Shown: piece by piece, positions 12,293-24,506 of the stretch
How the letters are laid out: the number at the start of each line of letters is the position of its first letter
Numbering within the stretch: position 1 is the first letter of the stretch
Source: Yuukianura sp. NJ FZ-2021
Lineage: Eukaryota
Assembly (NCBI GenBank): GCA_046563655.1
Contig: CM102285.1
Location: 3,348,001-3,412,000, forward strand
Length of the DNA: 64,000 nt
Reading direction: 5' to 3'
Position numbers and translations under genes: made by a program
The notes under the pieces: model-generated
What the model saw: only the letters and a program-made list of their open reading frames with translations
What the model was told of the DNA's origin: nothing
The model's database searches: none

Positions 12293-13347
12293 ATGGCTAA
12301 ATTTCTACCTCTCTTATTCGCAGCGGTGTTTGCGGTTGCTGGGGTTAGCGGGCACGGTCGCTTCATGAAACCAGTTAGCCGTAGCTCTGTCTGGAGAGAT
12401 CCAGAATTTGCTGACCAAAATCCCATTCCAAATTATGATGACAATCAATTATACTGCGGAGGTATCCATCAAGTAGATGATCCCGGAACCAACTGCGGTG
12501 TTTGCGGAGATCCGATAGCTCAGGCACAACCCAGAGAAAACGAAAGAGGAGGCAAATATGCCCAGGGAATTATCACTGGAACTTATTCTGCCGGTCAAGT
12601 AAGTAGCCAAGTGCATGTCAAAATTATTTAACTTTTAAAGTATCAAAGTTCGTAAACAAAAAAATGTTTTTTCTACACTAGGTTGTCCAATAACTCGATG
12701 TTTTTTATTTTGTTAAAAAATTTGAACAACCTTTTTCCTATATTAATAATTTTCATGTAAAGCAATTGGAATTGGGGTAAAATGGGGGGGTGGGATTATT
12801 TGAAGCAAAATTTTAGTCATTGGACAACCTGTTGTACGAAATACAATTCGGTTGCCAAGGAACCTTGCCTTGTAAAGTATATACTTTAGTAAATTCTTTT
12901 CTTCCAGACAATCGATGTAGAAGTTGAGCTCACTACGGCCCATTTGGGAAATATGGAATTCAGACTTTGCACAGATCCGCTTGATGAGAGCCAAGACTGT
13001 TTTAACCAGCATGTCCTTCAACTTGAAACCGGTGGAACGAAATTGCCTGTTGACCATGGCACAGGTTGGTACAAAAGTCGAGTCAGGCTGCCCGCTGGGG
13101 TGACTTGCAACCCTTGCGTCATCCAATGGAACTACAGAGGAGGAAACCAATGGGGAGACTGCGGAAATGGTGAATATGACATGGGGTATGTTGCTACAAG
13201 TGGTTTAATTAGCAGTTTTTAATCATCTTCCTATTCTTTACTTATATGATAATATATTATGTTTTACTGTAAACTTTTATTTTGCGTCAATCTAGATGCG
13301 GACCCCAAGAAACCTTCCGTGGATGCAGTGACGTCGTCATCTCTTAA
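12293..13347 (+). CDS. Secreted lytic polysaccharide monooxygenase, AA15-type (3 exons)
   Basis: Signal peptide ending VSG leaves His1 (HGRFMKPVSRSSVWR). Then YDDNQLYCGG, CGVCGD, second His in TTAHLG, CVIQWNY, GNQWGDC and CGPQETFRGCSDV*. Confidence 0.93.
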
Positions 13348-13870
13348 AAAGCCTATAATTGATTTAAGAATTTTTGGTTATCTATGACAATAAATTTACG
13401 TAAGTTTAATACTTAGTTCAAATTTTATGAACCTGTTCACGTCGTGTAAAATCATTTTTGCAAACAAACCTGTCGTTGAGGATTTGTGAGACAGAGTACA
13501 GCTAATGGGCAAGGATCGGAAAAGCACGTAAAAACTTTTTTTTAGCACTTTGCGGACTTTTAAAAACTTAAAAAAGTTTTAAAAACTTTTTTGACCATAA
13601 AAACTTTTTTAGGACTTTTTTAAACATTTTTTGTCAATTTTGTCAATTTTTGGGCCAAAATCGACAAAACTTTTCGGAAAATTAGAGAAACATGTGGAAA
13701 TTCGGCTGTTATTCTTTCCCAAACTTGTAAATAAAGTGTTTTGGGATACTTTTATATGTTGTACATGGTTTATAAGTTTTGAATCATAGCACCAGGGAAA
13801 CATTATACCTATACAGATCATTATATTTATCATTATAAATGAAACATTATACCTATCTGTAGGTATGGTA

Positions 13871-14293
13871 TGGTAGTGGTTCCATGCCATTTCATCGAAT
13901 GAATTACTACGAATCGAATTACTGCACATGTTGAATTACTGCGAAAGTTGTATGAAACAACGAATGAAATACAGGTATAACCTAACCTAGTGTAAACTAG
14001 CCAAAAACCTCTAATCACTATTCTCCAGTTAATAACCTAACACCGCGCCTTCGGCGCGAGAAAATATAAGTCACTGAATGAAACAGTACAGAAGATCAAA
14101 GTGGTAACCTTGTATCGTAGTAATTCAACTTTAGCAGTAATTCGACTTTCGCAGTAATTCGATTCGTAGTAGTTGGTCTTCGAAGCAAATTGCGTTTCGC
14201 AGTAAATGACCTGTCGAACTAATTCATTTCGCAGTAATTCATTCGCAGTAATTCGCTTCGCAGTAATTCATTCGATGAAATGGCGCGCTACCA
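13871..14293. mobile_element. MITE/foldback with sub-terminal repeats
   Basis: IR gccatttcatcgaatgaattact / agtaattcattcgatgaaatggc, internal gaattactgcg repeats, hairpin cgcgccttcggcgcg. Flanking direct repeat tggta is a possible TSD. Confidence 0.7.
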
Positions 14294-15026
14294 TGGTAGC
14301 ACACCAATTACCGTAATATTTTCGTTCGTTTGAGCTAACTAAAAATTAGAAATCATTGATAGTTACTAATTATCAATTATTTATTAATTAATTTTGATTT
14401 TCATTATTAATTCTGTCTGTAATTATTTAATTTCTATACAAACTTATATTAAATTTAAAGTATAGAAGTTCCACTGTTTCCAAACGCTATGGGTGTGTTC
14501 GAAATTCTGTATTGATGTCTTTTTTTGAGCCGATTGGGGTCAAACTTGGCAGTAGGTCATCAGCTAGGGTCACACTCTTGACAGCTTCAAAAAATCTGAA
14601 AAAAAAATTTCAGTGGAAGTCCGAAATACATCAATTTCAGCTTTTGGCAAAGTTAAGGTCAACTTGAGTCCTTGAAACAAGTTTGGTGTGAGTGTGACCA
14701 GGTAAGTCCCAACCCAACTGGCATAAGCATAAACTCATTGTGCTTAACATTTATTTATAAAATCAAATGGTAGGTAACATACAGGCTAAAATACCTATTG
14801 TAATACCGGCTTTAGAAACATCGAAATTTCTATTCAAGTTTTTCTTAGCCTGGGCAGGGGTTTAGTTGGAAAAACCTTTGGGTTATTTTTTAGTATTTTT
14901 AGTTGGTTACCTAGAATTTTCAAGGGTCATTCAAATACGACATAAAAGGGTTTGGTGGCCAACATTACTTCAACATTTTCATTTCAGCCTTTCACAGAAC
15001 AAGTCAAACTCGCAACAACTACAACA

Positions 15027-15540
15027 ATGAACTTTAACGTCTTCAGCATCGTTGTTCTTTTGACTATGTTGGCCATTTACGTTGAAGGTAATCCAACCTC
15101 CAACAAGGAGATTGATTTTCTGACAGCTGATAATTTTGAGGTAATAATTTTAAAAATCAATTTGATTTGCAGTTTATAAACCATGATTTAAATTATTCTT
15201 TGTAAATAATTCTGTTTTCAAACTATTGCTCTTTTTTGAAATAATTCAATTTACTAATGAAAAATATTAATTTGTTACACAGGAACAAGGGAGAACCGGT
15301 CGTCAATTGACGTCAATCGGGGTTTTGCCGTTTATTCGTAACATGGGCATGGGCATGGGGATGGGAGGAAATGGACTAATCAGATGTCGCGCGCGACGTG
15401 GAGACATCCTTTGTCCATCCAATCAAATGCGAGTTTGCTGCACAGGGGACAACAATTGCTGTATGGGTATGCAAAACTTTTGTGCACCAGACTGTGGAGC
15501 CCTTGGAACTTCCAGGATTCCTTTTGACGGATTCTTTTAA
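15027..15540 (+). CDS. Small secreted 8-cysteine peptide precursor (2 exons)
   Basis: Exons 15027-15140 and 15283-15540 joined by a phase-0 GT-AG intron. Signal peptide, RTGR site, C-x8-C-x7-CC-x5-CC-x6-C-x3-C. Confidence 0.8.
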
Positions 15541-16357
15541 GTTGGCATGACGATTAGGCAAGATTATAAGTAATTCTACTGTAATATATTTCTTTATTCA
15601 AAAATCCCAAATAACTACACATGGTTAAGCTAATTTTTATTGTTTGAATTTTGTAATTATTTTTTTAAATGGTGCACTGTTTTGAACTTTAATGTACTTT
15701 CAATTTGGTTAAAAGTAAACGCAAAGACACGCATTACTTTAGTTATCTGCATTTTACGTACTTTTGTTGCAAATATGTTATCCCCAAGTTGTGAAATAGT
15801 TTGAACAAAGGAGAAAAGGAGTTCTCCGGTACTACTAATGCTTTTCATGAGAAATATGCTAAAAATTTGAATTATTGTAATTTAACCTGCCTGTAATACT
15901 TGCAAAATAAATACGACTGTTAAAAACGAAAATGGAAACATTTTAACACCCAGCACCCATCAAATGAAGCTGCGGACAGCTCCCTTCTGCTTACATTTGT
16001 GTCGGTCGCTGTGTACTTGTTACCCTCTGATCTCACCGTTCAATGTGTCAGTGTGTGACTACAACTATTTGCTTTTGTATTTGGATTGATTTCGTTATCT
16101 CTATATCATCAATATCACTCTTTCAGATTCCATGACTTCTAAAGCTTCCCGACAAAAAGTTAAAAGCGTTCGCGCTAGACGAGTCGAAAACGCGCTCGCA
16201 ATAATGCCTGCGAAATTTCAATAGCATTTACTAAAGCAAATTTACTTAGAAATATTGAATTTCGAATAATTGTCTGAGGTCAACTGTCGCTTCAGGCGAG
16301 AGAAAGTTTTCTAGAATTGCAATGTCAGAAAAATGTTTCAAAAAATTTGGAGGTTGT

Positions 16358-16773
16358 TCAATCATTTTCTTTCACATTGTTAGACGTTTCTTTTGGTTTT
16401 GGTTTTGCTCCAGTGATTTGTGGCAGCAGCTTGTCACCGATTTCCCTGTCAGTAAATTTGAATGACCCTGACAGAATTTTGTTCAAGTCCCCTGAAAAGG
16501 CTCCCCCAATGATGTCAAGTACCCCGGCTTGATTCCTCTTCGATTGTTCCTCTTCTTCCTCATCGTAATCCGTGTTACCGTCCTCCTCATCATCCAATTC
16601 CACCGCTCGACAAGTAATCTAAAAGTTACAAAAAAAAACAGTGAACATGGTTGGCTTAACGTAAATGTTGGTAAATTATAAATTTCAAAAAATAAAAATA
16701 AAAAACTTACCTGTGCGATGAAAACAAGGCTTAACACAAGCAAAAGCGTCAGTAAACCTTCGCCTCGACCCAT
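16358..16773 (-). CDS. Small secreted prepropeptide-like protein (2 exons)
   Basis: Exons 16773-16711 and 16618-16358 (phase 0). Signal peptide, acidic spacer DDEEDGNTDYDEEEEEQS, KR site, 58-aa C-terminal peptide. Confidence 0.75.
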
Positions 16774-17046
16774 GACTACCCGGATTTACGAAATTTACAA
16801 TGACTTTGGCGTGGCGAAAATATCTAACGTTGGAGCTAAAATTCCAGTTGATTAATAATTGATTTACGAGAGAAAAGATCTGGTTCCCTCACTTTCCCTT
16901 AAGTTATGGAGTCTGCTCATTAATTGCTTGCATACATAGTTAATAACTTAATCAATTCCTAACGTTAGGTTAATACTTCGTTATTATCCAAAACAAAACG
17001 AGGATTTCTACATCAAAAAGAGAAATTTCCCATTAAATTCTTTCTA

Positions 17047-17366
17047 CAGTAAAACCTCTTATTTGGAAACTCTGTCTGATTGGTTGGTTCAAAAGGGTTC
17101 GTGTAAGGTTTAACGAGAGTCATTGTGGTCGCACAGTGTAGCCACTCCGGCCAGTTTGTGCGGCTACTACCTGCGGCAACATTCGTAGTCACTCTAACAA
17201 AACCTTACCTAACCTCAGTGGCAACATAAACGTAGCCACCCATTGTAGCCCCAAAGTGGCTACACTGGAGCTACGATGTACAGGAGAAGCTTACAGTTAA
17301 AACGCCTAAAAATTTGACGTTTTCGGTATTCAACAGCAAAAAAAAATTTAAATGAGAGGTTTACTT
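17047..17366. mobile_element. Degenerate TA-flanked MITE
   Basis: ta|cagtaaaacctcttattt ... aaatgagaggtttactt|ta, with internal gtagcc/ggctac repeats. Confidence 0.45.
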
Positions 17367-17790
17367 TATTTATTTAGAATGGATCAAAGGAAAATAATTT
17401 TTATTTCAACTCAAATTAATTGGATTTAATTTAACTTAATAATGATAATCTCCTACTGATAAATACATACCTCAATTAATATGTGATCTGATGGGGGGAA
17501 AATTATTAAAGGCAGAAAATGTGTTTGTTGCTTTGAGGAAGGAGTCAGGGAACCCCAGAAATCAATTTCGTAAAAGACCTGAAACAACCGTGTTCGCTAA
17601 TGTTGGAAAATAATTCTACTTCAAAAAGATTAATATATTCACTTCCAAAAAAGTGTTAAAGAGCTGGCAAATTAACTACAATAGGCATGCCTAATGAAAA
17701 CAGAACCCCTGTTGTTTAGAAATTAGGAAAAGTAAACTTCTCTCATTACTTCCTAAATTATCCAGTTCAGTTGTAAGATGAGGAAACACT

Positions 17791-18759
17791 TTACGCATGG
17801 GTATTGTAGTACGTGGTGGCGTTGGGAGTGTTGGTATTGTTCGCCATATTGGCACCGTGATCTCCCATGCCAAGTCCAGTGGCAGAGAAGGGTTGTCCAA
17901 ATCCATACAGATGCCCAGAGTACTTTGACTCGTCAATGTTATCTTCAAAAAATAATTCCTTCATGCGGAAGAACGTGAGGCCAGTGACCAAGGAGTCACT
18001 GCCTGCTTGATGCTGCATTCCAACCCTCTCTATCTGCAACTGATCTGCAACTTCTTGGAGTCCACCCTTCAGGTTCTTGCAGCTCTTCATCAAAAACTTG
18101 ACGTCAAAGACGCGCGGAAAATAGATATGGAGGAGATCATAAAATCCTGCTTCACTTTCCGGTAAATTATGACTCATGAGTAGCCTGATGAGGTAACCAA
18201 AGTCATAGCAACTGTGGAATGTGAGCCATGTTACAGAGTCAGACAAGACGAATCCTGAGGTGATGAAGAATTCAGCAAAACTAAAGGCATCAATTCCATC
18301 AGACTCGTGCTTCTTGAATTGTATTCCTGCGTTTGTAAGGAGTTCTATACTCTCTTGAGCGTACGAATCCTCCGTGAGACTAAACTTGAAATTGAATTGC
18401 CATGTGCAAATTCCTGGTGGTGTTTGGCCATGCTCGTTCATGAATGTTAGTCCCAGTTGAATAAGGGAAAGGATATCCACATTGGACTTTAGAATCTGAT
18501 ATTGGTAGTCGGCACAGTTTCGGAACTCTCCAATGGGGCGGGCCACAACACCCGGAAACTCAGTATCCAGTGCTATGAAGGTATACGTCTTTGCAATGTT
18601 CCGGATTGTTGCAAACTCTTCATAGAGATTGTGCCTCCAGACGTTACGAATACCCTGTACGTCGTTTTCAGGAAAGGACGGACCCAGATGATGCCCATTG
18701 TGTTGATCTGTTCCAATGCCGTTTGTCAAGGCCATCGAGGATAGTAGGGAAGAATGCAT
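17791..18759 (-). CDS. CNOT7: CCR4-NOT deadenylase CAF1/Pop2
   Basis: ALDTEFPGVVARP, TWQFNFKF, FHSCYDFGY and HQAGSDSL DEDD nuclease motifs. Single coding exon. Confidence 0.97.
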   Translation of the reverse strand: MHSSLLSSMALTNGIGTDQHNGHHLGPSFPENDVQGIRNVWRHNLYEEFATIRNIAKTYTFIALDTEFPGVVARPIGEFRNCADYQYQILKSNVDILSLIQLGLTFMNEHGQTPPGICTWQFNFKFSLTEDSYAQESIELLTNAGIQFKKHESDGIDAFSFAEFFITSGFVLSDSVTWLTFHSCYDFGYLIRLLMSHNLPESEAGFYDLLHIYFPRVFDVKFLMKSCKNLKGGLQEVADQLQIERVGMQHQAGSDSLVTGLTFFRMKELFFEDNIDESKYSGHLYGFGQPFSATGLGMGDHGANMANNTNTPNATTYYNTHA

Positions 18760-19528
18760 TTTATTAGGCTAATTAGACTTCGGTGAGGTAGGTGTTAAGC
18801 CTGTTCCTGAAACCATTAACACCAGGTCGAGTCAGTGAAAGCCTAGTTACTTAATAAAAACTTAAACAGTTTCATTTTAGTATAAATAAATATTATATTA
18901 TCAACTGGTGGGGCAAGTATTTCAAAAAGAAAAAAAAATAGTGAAAGTTTACATCCTTACCCAAATATGCAATTAGAACTGATTAAGTTTAAGTTGTCCT
19001 TCACATGTGATAACATCAGAGTAGCACTCACACTCTCGTAACTTACGAGTCCTAAGCGGCGTTATACCAAGCCATTCCTGTCATGTATAGAAATTCAAAC
19101 AAAAAACTTAAAACGTAAATGTATAATGAAGCAATTTAATTCATTAATCTTCTGATTCCCCTTACCTGATACAGTACTGAAAAAGATGACCGCTGAATGA
19201 TGTAGTATTATGAAATACGCACTAAAATTATAGGTGAAGAACACAAAATTCAACAAATGAAAATCTTAAGAAATAAATTCAAATTTTATGAAATAAAATC
19301 GGAAAAGTGACGAGAAGTTGAAATTCAATTCGTACTATTTTCGCGCTTAGAATGAGGGGTACATTGTACCATAATTTGGAAATATTGTGAAGGAATAAAC
19401 CAGAGCTGCACACAATGTACACACAAACCATTCGCAAAACACATTGATTGAGCAGAGCATGGCGGCGATAAAACATCACGATTTATTTCGCTATAACACG
19501 CAACCGACAGAAGTATTTACTAATTTTA

Positions 19529-20952
19529 TCACGCCTTTGCACCACATCTCAGTTTTGCGGATCGACTACGGGGGTTTTGTTCCACTTCGGCTTCCGAAGG
19601 GAAGTGGACATGTTTCGTGACGACTGTCCATTTCGTACCAAGTATCTCCTTCAGTTCTTGTTCGGTGTGAACTTTGGCCGGATTTCGGAACTTCTGACTC
19701 AGGGTTTTGGTGATGGGTTCATCCAAATCTACACCAGTCAAGTGCCTCTTTACTATCCTGTCCTGTTAAACAAATGATACACATTAATTAATAAATTTTA
19801 ATTAGGAATTACTGCTAGAATGACTCGACTAACTTCGAGAGAGTGGAAGGTGAGGACGACTACTCTTCCCCCGGGCACTAGCAACTCTTGGGCGATTTCC
19901 ATTGCTCGATTCAGTTCGTTCATTTCATTGTTGACGAATATACGAATAGCTTGGAAAGTTTTAGTGGCAACATGTGCTGGTCTTGAGAGTTTGTCCAGCC
20001 GCACTTGACCGTCCAATACTGAACCCACTAAAGATGCAAGTTCTGATGTGGTTTGTAGATTCTTGAAGAGATAGCGTGCTTCCACGATTCCTCTCGCCAC
20101 TTTCTTCGCCTGTTTCTCTTCACCATAAACCTAACGTAATTCCAAAAGGTAATCAAAGATACAAAGTCATAAAATGCATTAGAGTGCGTTGCTCCTTACT
20201 TGTATGATTTTTGCCAAGTCCTCTTCATCAATGTAGCGTAGGACTTCGGCTGCTGTTGGTTGACCCGGAAACCTGTCTCCATCCATTCTCATGTCAAGTG
20301 GACCATCGTGACTGATGGAGAAACCTCTTTTCGGGTCATCCAACATCATCGACGAACAGCCCAAATCCAACAGAATGCCATCCACTGAATGAACGGTACA
20401 AATTAATTGTTGGTAGTTCCTTATTATTGAAACACTGGTTCACGAGTTAGTTGCCTATGTTACTGACCTTTATTAAAATTGAGAGACTTGAGTTGTTCCA
20501 AAACCTCACTGAAGCGACTCAAAAGGGGAATTAGTTGATCGGGATACTTTTGACTCAGCTGCTGGGCGAAACGAAAGGCTAAGGGGTCTCTGTCGACCGC
20601 AATAACTTTGACATGAGGGGTGGACTTGAGTATAGCTTCTGTATGTCCACCGGCGCCAAATGTCATGTCCACAATGGTTTGGCCTAAGTAAGAATAGGAC
20701 CAATTAGTACTTGGAATTAAAAACAAAGTATACGTTGGAAGAAGAGACAGGAAGTTTACCTGGTTTTGGATTTAAGTAAGTCATAACTTCACTAAGCATG
20801 ACAGGGGTATGCGGTGTTCGAGGCACGACGCTTCTACTACTAGAGACGGAAGTGAAGGAGTTTCCCAAATCGGTGATGTGACTAAATTGAGGAGAGTTAT
20901 TAGAGTATCTCCGAAGGGAATAGCGAGTGAGAGGCATCAAACGGGGAATCAT
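19529..20952 (-). CDS. METTL15: Mitochondrial 12S rRNA m4C methyltransferase (RsmH/MraW family)
   Basis: [51 protein letters not shown] and [10 protein letters not shown] across 5 exons. Arg/Ser-rich N-terminal presequence. Confidence 0.95.
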
Positions 20953-21482
20953 GATTGGAGTCTCCGCCGAAAGGAAGTAGAGATGCGTTGAAGTGTTGTT
21001 CCCTCTTCTTCCTCCTGGAACTGTTTTATGCTGTCGTTGGAAATGGCAGCATTACACACTTCCGCATTCAAACCTAAAAAATGTGAACATTGAATGAGTG
21101 AAGTGTTGGAGTGTAATTGCGAAGAGGAGTAATGCTGAGTTTACCAGTAGCTGTTTGGACATTGGTTGACACGGGATGGAGACTTCTGTAGTGGTCTGCT
21201 GTGATTCTGGTCAATGGTCCAAGTATTTTGTCCCAAGTGGATGTGTTGAGGTTCTTCTCCTGCAAGGGGTTAAAGGCACGAACAATCTCCTTCCGAATGT
21301 ACTCCCCAAGGTCCCTATGTTCCAAGTGAACAACGCAACTAATCATCATTTCCATTTAATCCATTAATGATCAAATCGTTAGTCTAGATCGTTAGTCTAG
21401 GTGAGTACCTGCCGGATTTGGTTGGATCCAGTGGCCACTTCTGTAGAACCCCTACAATATTTCTATACGTTGGACTATTCAT
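20949..21482 (-). CDS. UQCC2: Complex III assembly factor UQCC2/Cbp6 homolog, 122 aa, 3 exons
   Basis: Exons 21482-21409, 21314-21145 and 21073-20949 give MNSPTYRNIVGVLQKWPLDPTKSGRDLGEYIRKEIVRAF...LTRITADHYRSLHP...TATGLNAEVCNAAISNDSIKQF...RRRLQS*, matching the UQCC2 WPxDxTKxGRDLGxY pattern. Confidence 0.9.
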
Positions 21483-22323
21483 AAGTACAAACCAAGTTAC
21501 TCTCGCCCAACTGCAGTTCAATGACAAACTTTCCAAAAAACAATTTTCAAAAACAAAACAAAAAACTGAGACTGAAAGACAAATAAAATGAATGATAAAG
21601 ATAATTTGTCATTGAATTGACAAAAGTTTAACAAAAACTAAAACGTGAAAGTCAAAAGTTTGATTTCAGTTTTTGACTTTTTAAAGAGTTCCCGCTTCGT
21701 CGTTTCAAGGAAGAGTTTTATAGGACTTGTGTCTAATTCTCAGATAACCATGTAAGCAGTTTCTGATGTTTTCTGAGAATTAGGTAGCACTACGACTTTG
21801 CTTTTACGACTGTTTAAGTACATGTCAGCGCTATCTAAAAGTATTACCTTGTTTGGATTAAGATGTCGGCATATGCACTTGTCATAATAGAGTTTAGTCT
21901 TAAGCATGAATTCGGTGGTTACTGACTATGTATGTGACGACGGCGCAAACTAGTGTGACTACTCTACTTGTAACTGTACAAGTACAACTACTGTATGTAC
22001 AAATGTAGTAAAGTAAGATGTACTTTCCAGTACTTTGGTATAGGTGGTTATGGATACAACTATTGCCTTACTTCAACCGGAATGCACAGCAAAAATATTT
22101 CTGTTTTCCGCGTATCCGAAAAATAGTCTGTCCCATTCCATCCAGTTAATTGTGATTGTGGAGGTGGAGAGGAATTCTTGGGGTTTTGGTCCAGTATTTA
22201 CTAAAATATCAAGTTTTTATAGATTTTGGTTTTCTGGTAGCTTACGTCTAGTGATTTACGTTATTTACGATTCATCAGTCCCAATTTCTCGCTGTTAGTT
22301 GGAAACTTATTGAATCGTCGGAA

Positions 22324-23882
22324 ATGACGAGTAATAATGAAAGTGATGGTAAGTTTTGAGTCTAACTTAACGTCATATTTTCTAAAATGTTCTTTACTGT
22401 GGCTAGTTCTTCAATGAAACTGAAATTTATATTAATGTTGAGATCATCGTTTAGTCTGGACGGCCATGGTCCAACTTTACTTTAAATGTGTAGTCGTTTT
22501 TATGTTTCTTTGCAGCGGAAGTGAACAGCAAGACACCAAATGCAGAAGAAGATGGCGCAGCTGGGAACTTGGAAACTAATTGGACAATTCCAGCAACGTC
22601 AAGGTTTTTGGAACTGGTAGAAGAGCGCAAACGCAGAATTATAGAAACTCAATCACAGGAATGTGCAACTAAACTTCGCTACGAAGATTGGCATCCAATT
22701 TCTAAGAAGCTCCAGTTGGAAGGATTTATGTACTCGGGTGCAAGCTGCCAGAGGAAATATATCAATATGAAGAAAAGCTACTTTAACAACAAAAGTAACT
22801 GATTCACTAATTCACTTGTAATTTGAACTGGATTCGAGACTTTCCAAATTATTAAATTCCTATTTTTTTTACTAGAACTGGTAGAGAACCGTAAGAAGAT
22901 CGCTGCTAGGCTTAACAAGCCAGTAGGCCAAATCCAAGTGGTATGGCCGTTCTTCTTCCGTTTCGCTGCCCTGTTTGATGACGTACCCGACCCAGACGTT
23001 GTGATTAGAGCGAGAGGTACAGCGAAGCCGAAAAGTAGGCGAGATGTCAATAGTATTTACAGTAGCGAAGGTGAAGACGACGACGGTGATGAGGATGAGG
23101 ACGAGGAAGACGAAGGAGGGCGTAGCAAAAAACACCATCAGGTAAAATCGAAATTCAACAAGCGAGTCTCAGACGCAATTCATACCCTACTGAAATCGGA
23201 GCCTGTGATTATCCTGGATGATCCTGGCGCAGCGAATAAGGATGTTCAGGCTGAACCAGAAGAAGACTACAGTGGCAACCTCATACACGAGGTACTCAAA
23301 TTGAAAACGCTTTTAGGTTGACGGAATGTTTCATTCTTTAGTATTATATAATATAATGTGAATGTGGACGTAAGTTAACTCTTACTTTACTTATCCAACG
23401 TCGTTTATTTGGTTTTAATTATTTAATTGCAGGCTGGAAAGACTATAATCAAACAGGAACCTTCTGATGATGACCACGAAAGGGACATTGAAGATGGAAC
23501 CGATGACGCAACTCTGCTCCGGCGATTAAAACGTCGAAAATTACAAGTCGTTATACCCAGACTACCAGACGACGACTATCAACCTAAGCTCCCTGCAAAA
23601 CGGGCCAGAAAAAGTCGTGTGAGATACTCTCCCGATTCCGACGCTTGTCGTAGTGCTGATGAACATGACTCACCTCAAGTTTCTAAGCCAAGACCAACTC
23701 CGAAAGTTAAAACCTTTAGTCTCCGCTCCAGCGTTTCCGATGAAGCACTCGCCGAAATCAAATACCTCCGGGGTGATGTTGCACGAGTGAATCGGAATTT
23801 GGAAGACTTGGTAAACTCCCACAATCAACTGATCGACAACTTTGAAAAACTTTTTAAGTTCATGGTGAAACGTTTCAAGTAA
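22324..23882 (+). CDS. Myb/SANT-like (trihelix/MADF-type) DNA-binding protein
   Basis: WTIPATSRFLEL...W..IS..L...G....ASCQRKYINMKKSY...WPFF, followed by an acidic linker and a C-terminal coiled coil. Confidence 0.75.
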
Positions 23883-24506
23883 GCCGTACTTTATTATTCT
23901 CTTGAACTCAACGTTAAGGACAGGGGTTCACTTCATAAATCTACAATTTAGTAAACTAAAGCAAAACCATTAGCCATTAGCCGCCTCAAGTTTTTTTAAG
24001 AACATCGAGTACAATTTTCCGAGTAAAGTTATTTATACCAGGGTTCATCGAATCAAACATAAATAAAAGAAACATACGTTTTAAACGCCGAGCGAGAGTA
24101 ATTCTTTTTCGAAGGTTTGAAAAGGGGTAAACTCGAATATTTTTGATCGGTTTCCACTTTTTTGAAGCAAAACCGACAGTTTTTCAGAGTTTGCTTTGTT
24201 TTACATTTCGGGAGTGAGTTCACTATTTATTTTATAAGGTGTATCCTACGCTAACTTGGAATTTGACAGTTAGTTGGAATGAAAATACCTCTAGAACGTT
24301 ACTAATGGGAAAATTGATAAGACAGGAGAAAAAAAACGAGCGTTTAAAACACACACACACACACACAAAAAGACGTTATGTTTCTTTGCTTTTCTTTTTT
24401 TCAAAAAGATTGTTTTCACGAACCCTGATTTATGCCTCGTTATCAGGTCCATAATACGCGTGAATTTTTGAAGTACTGTTTCGAAAAAGTACTTTGCTTA
24501 ATAGAT

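Noticed and set aside
17791-18759. Intronless CNOT7 as a possible retrogene
   Set aside because: Upstream splice-donor-like sites suggest 5' UTR introns, and no poly(A) tail or TSD is visible.
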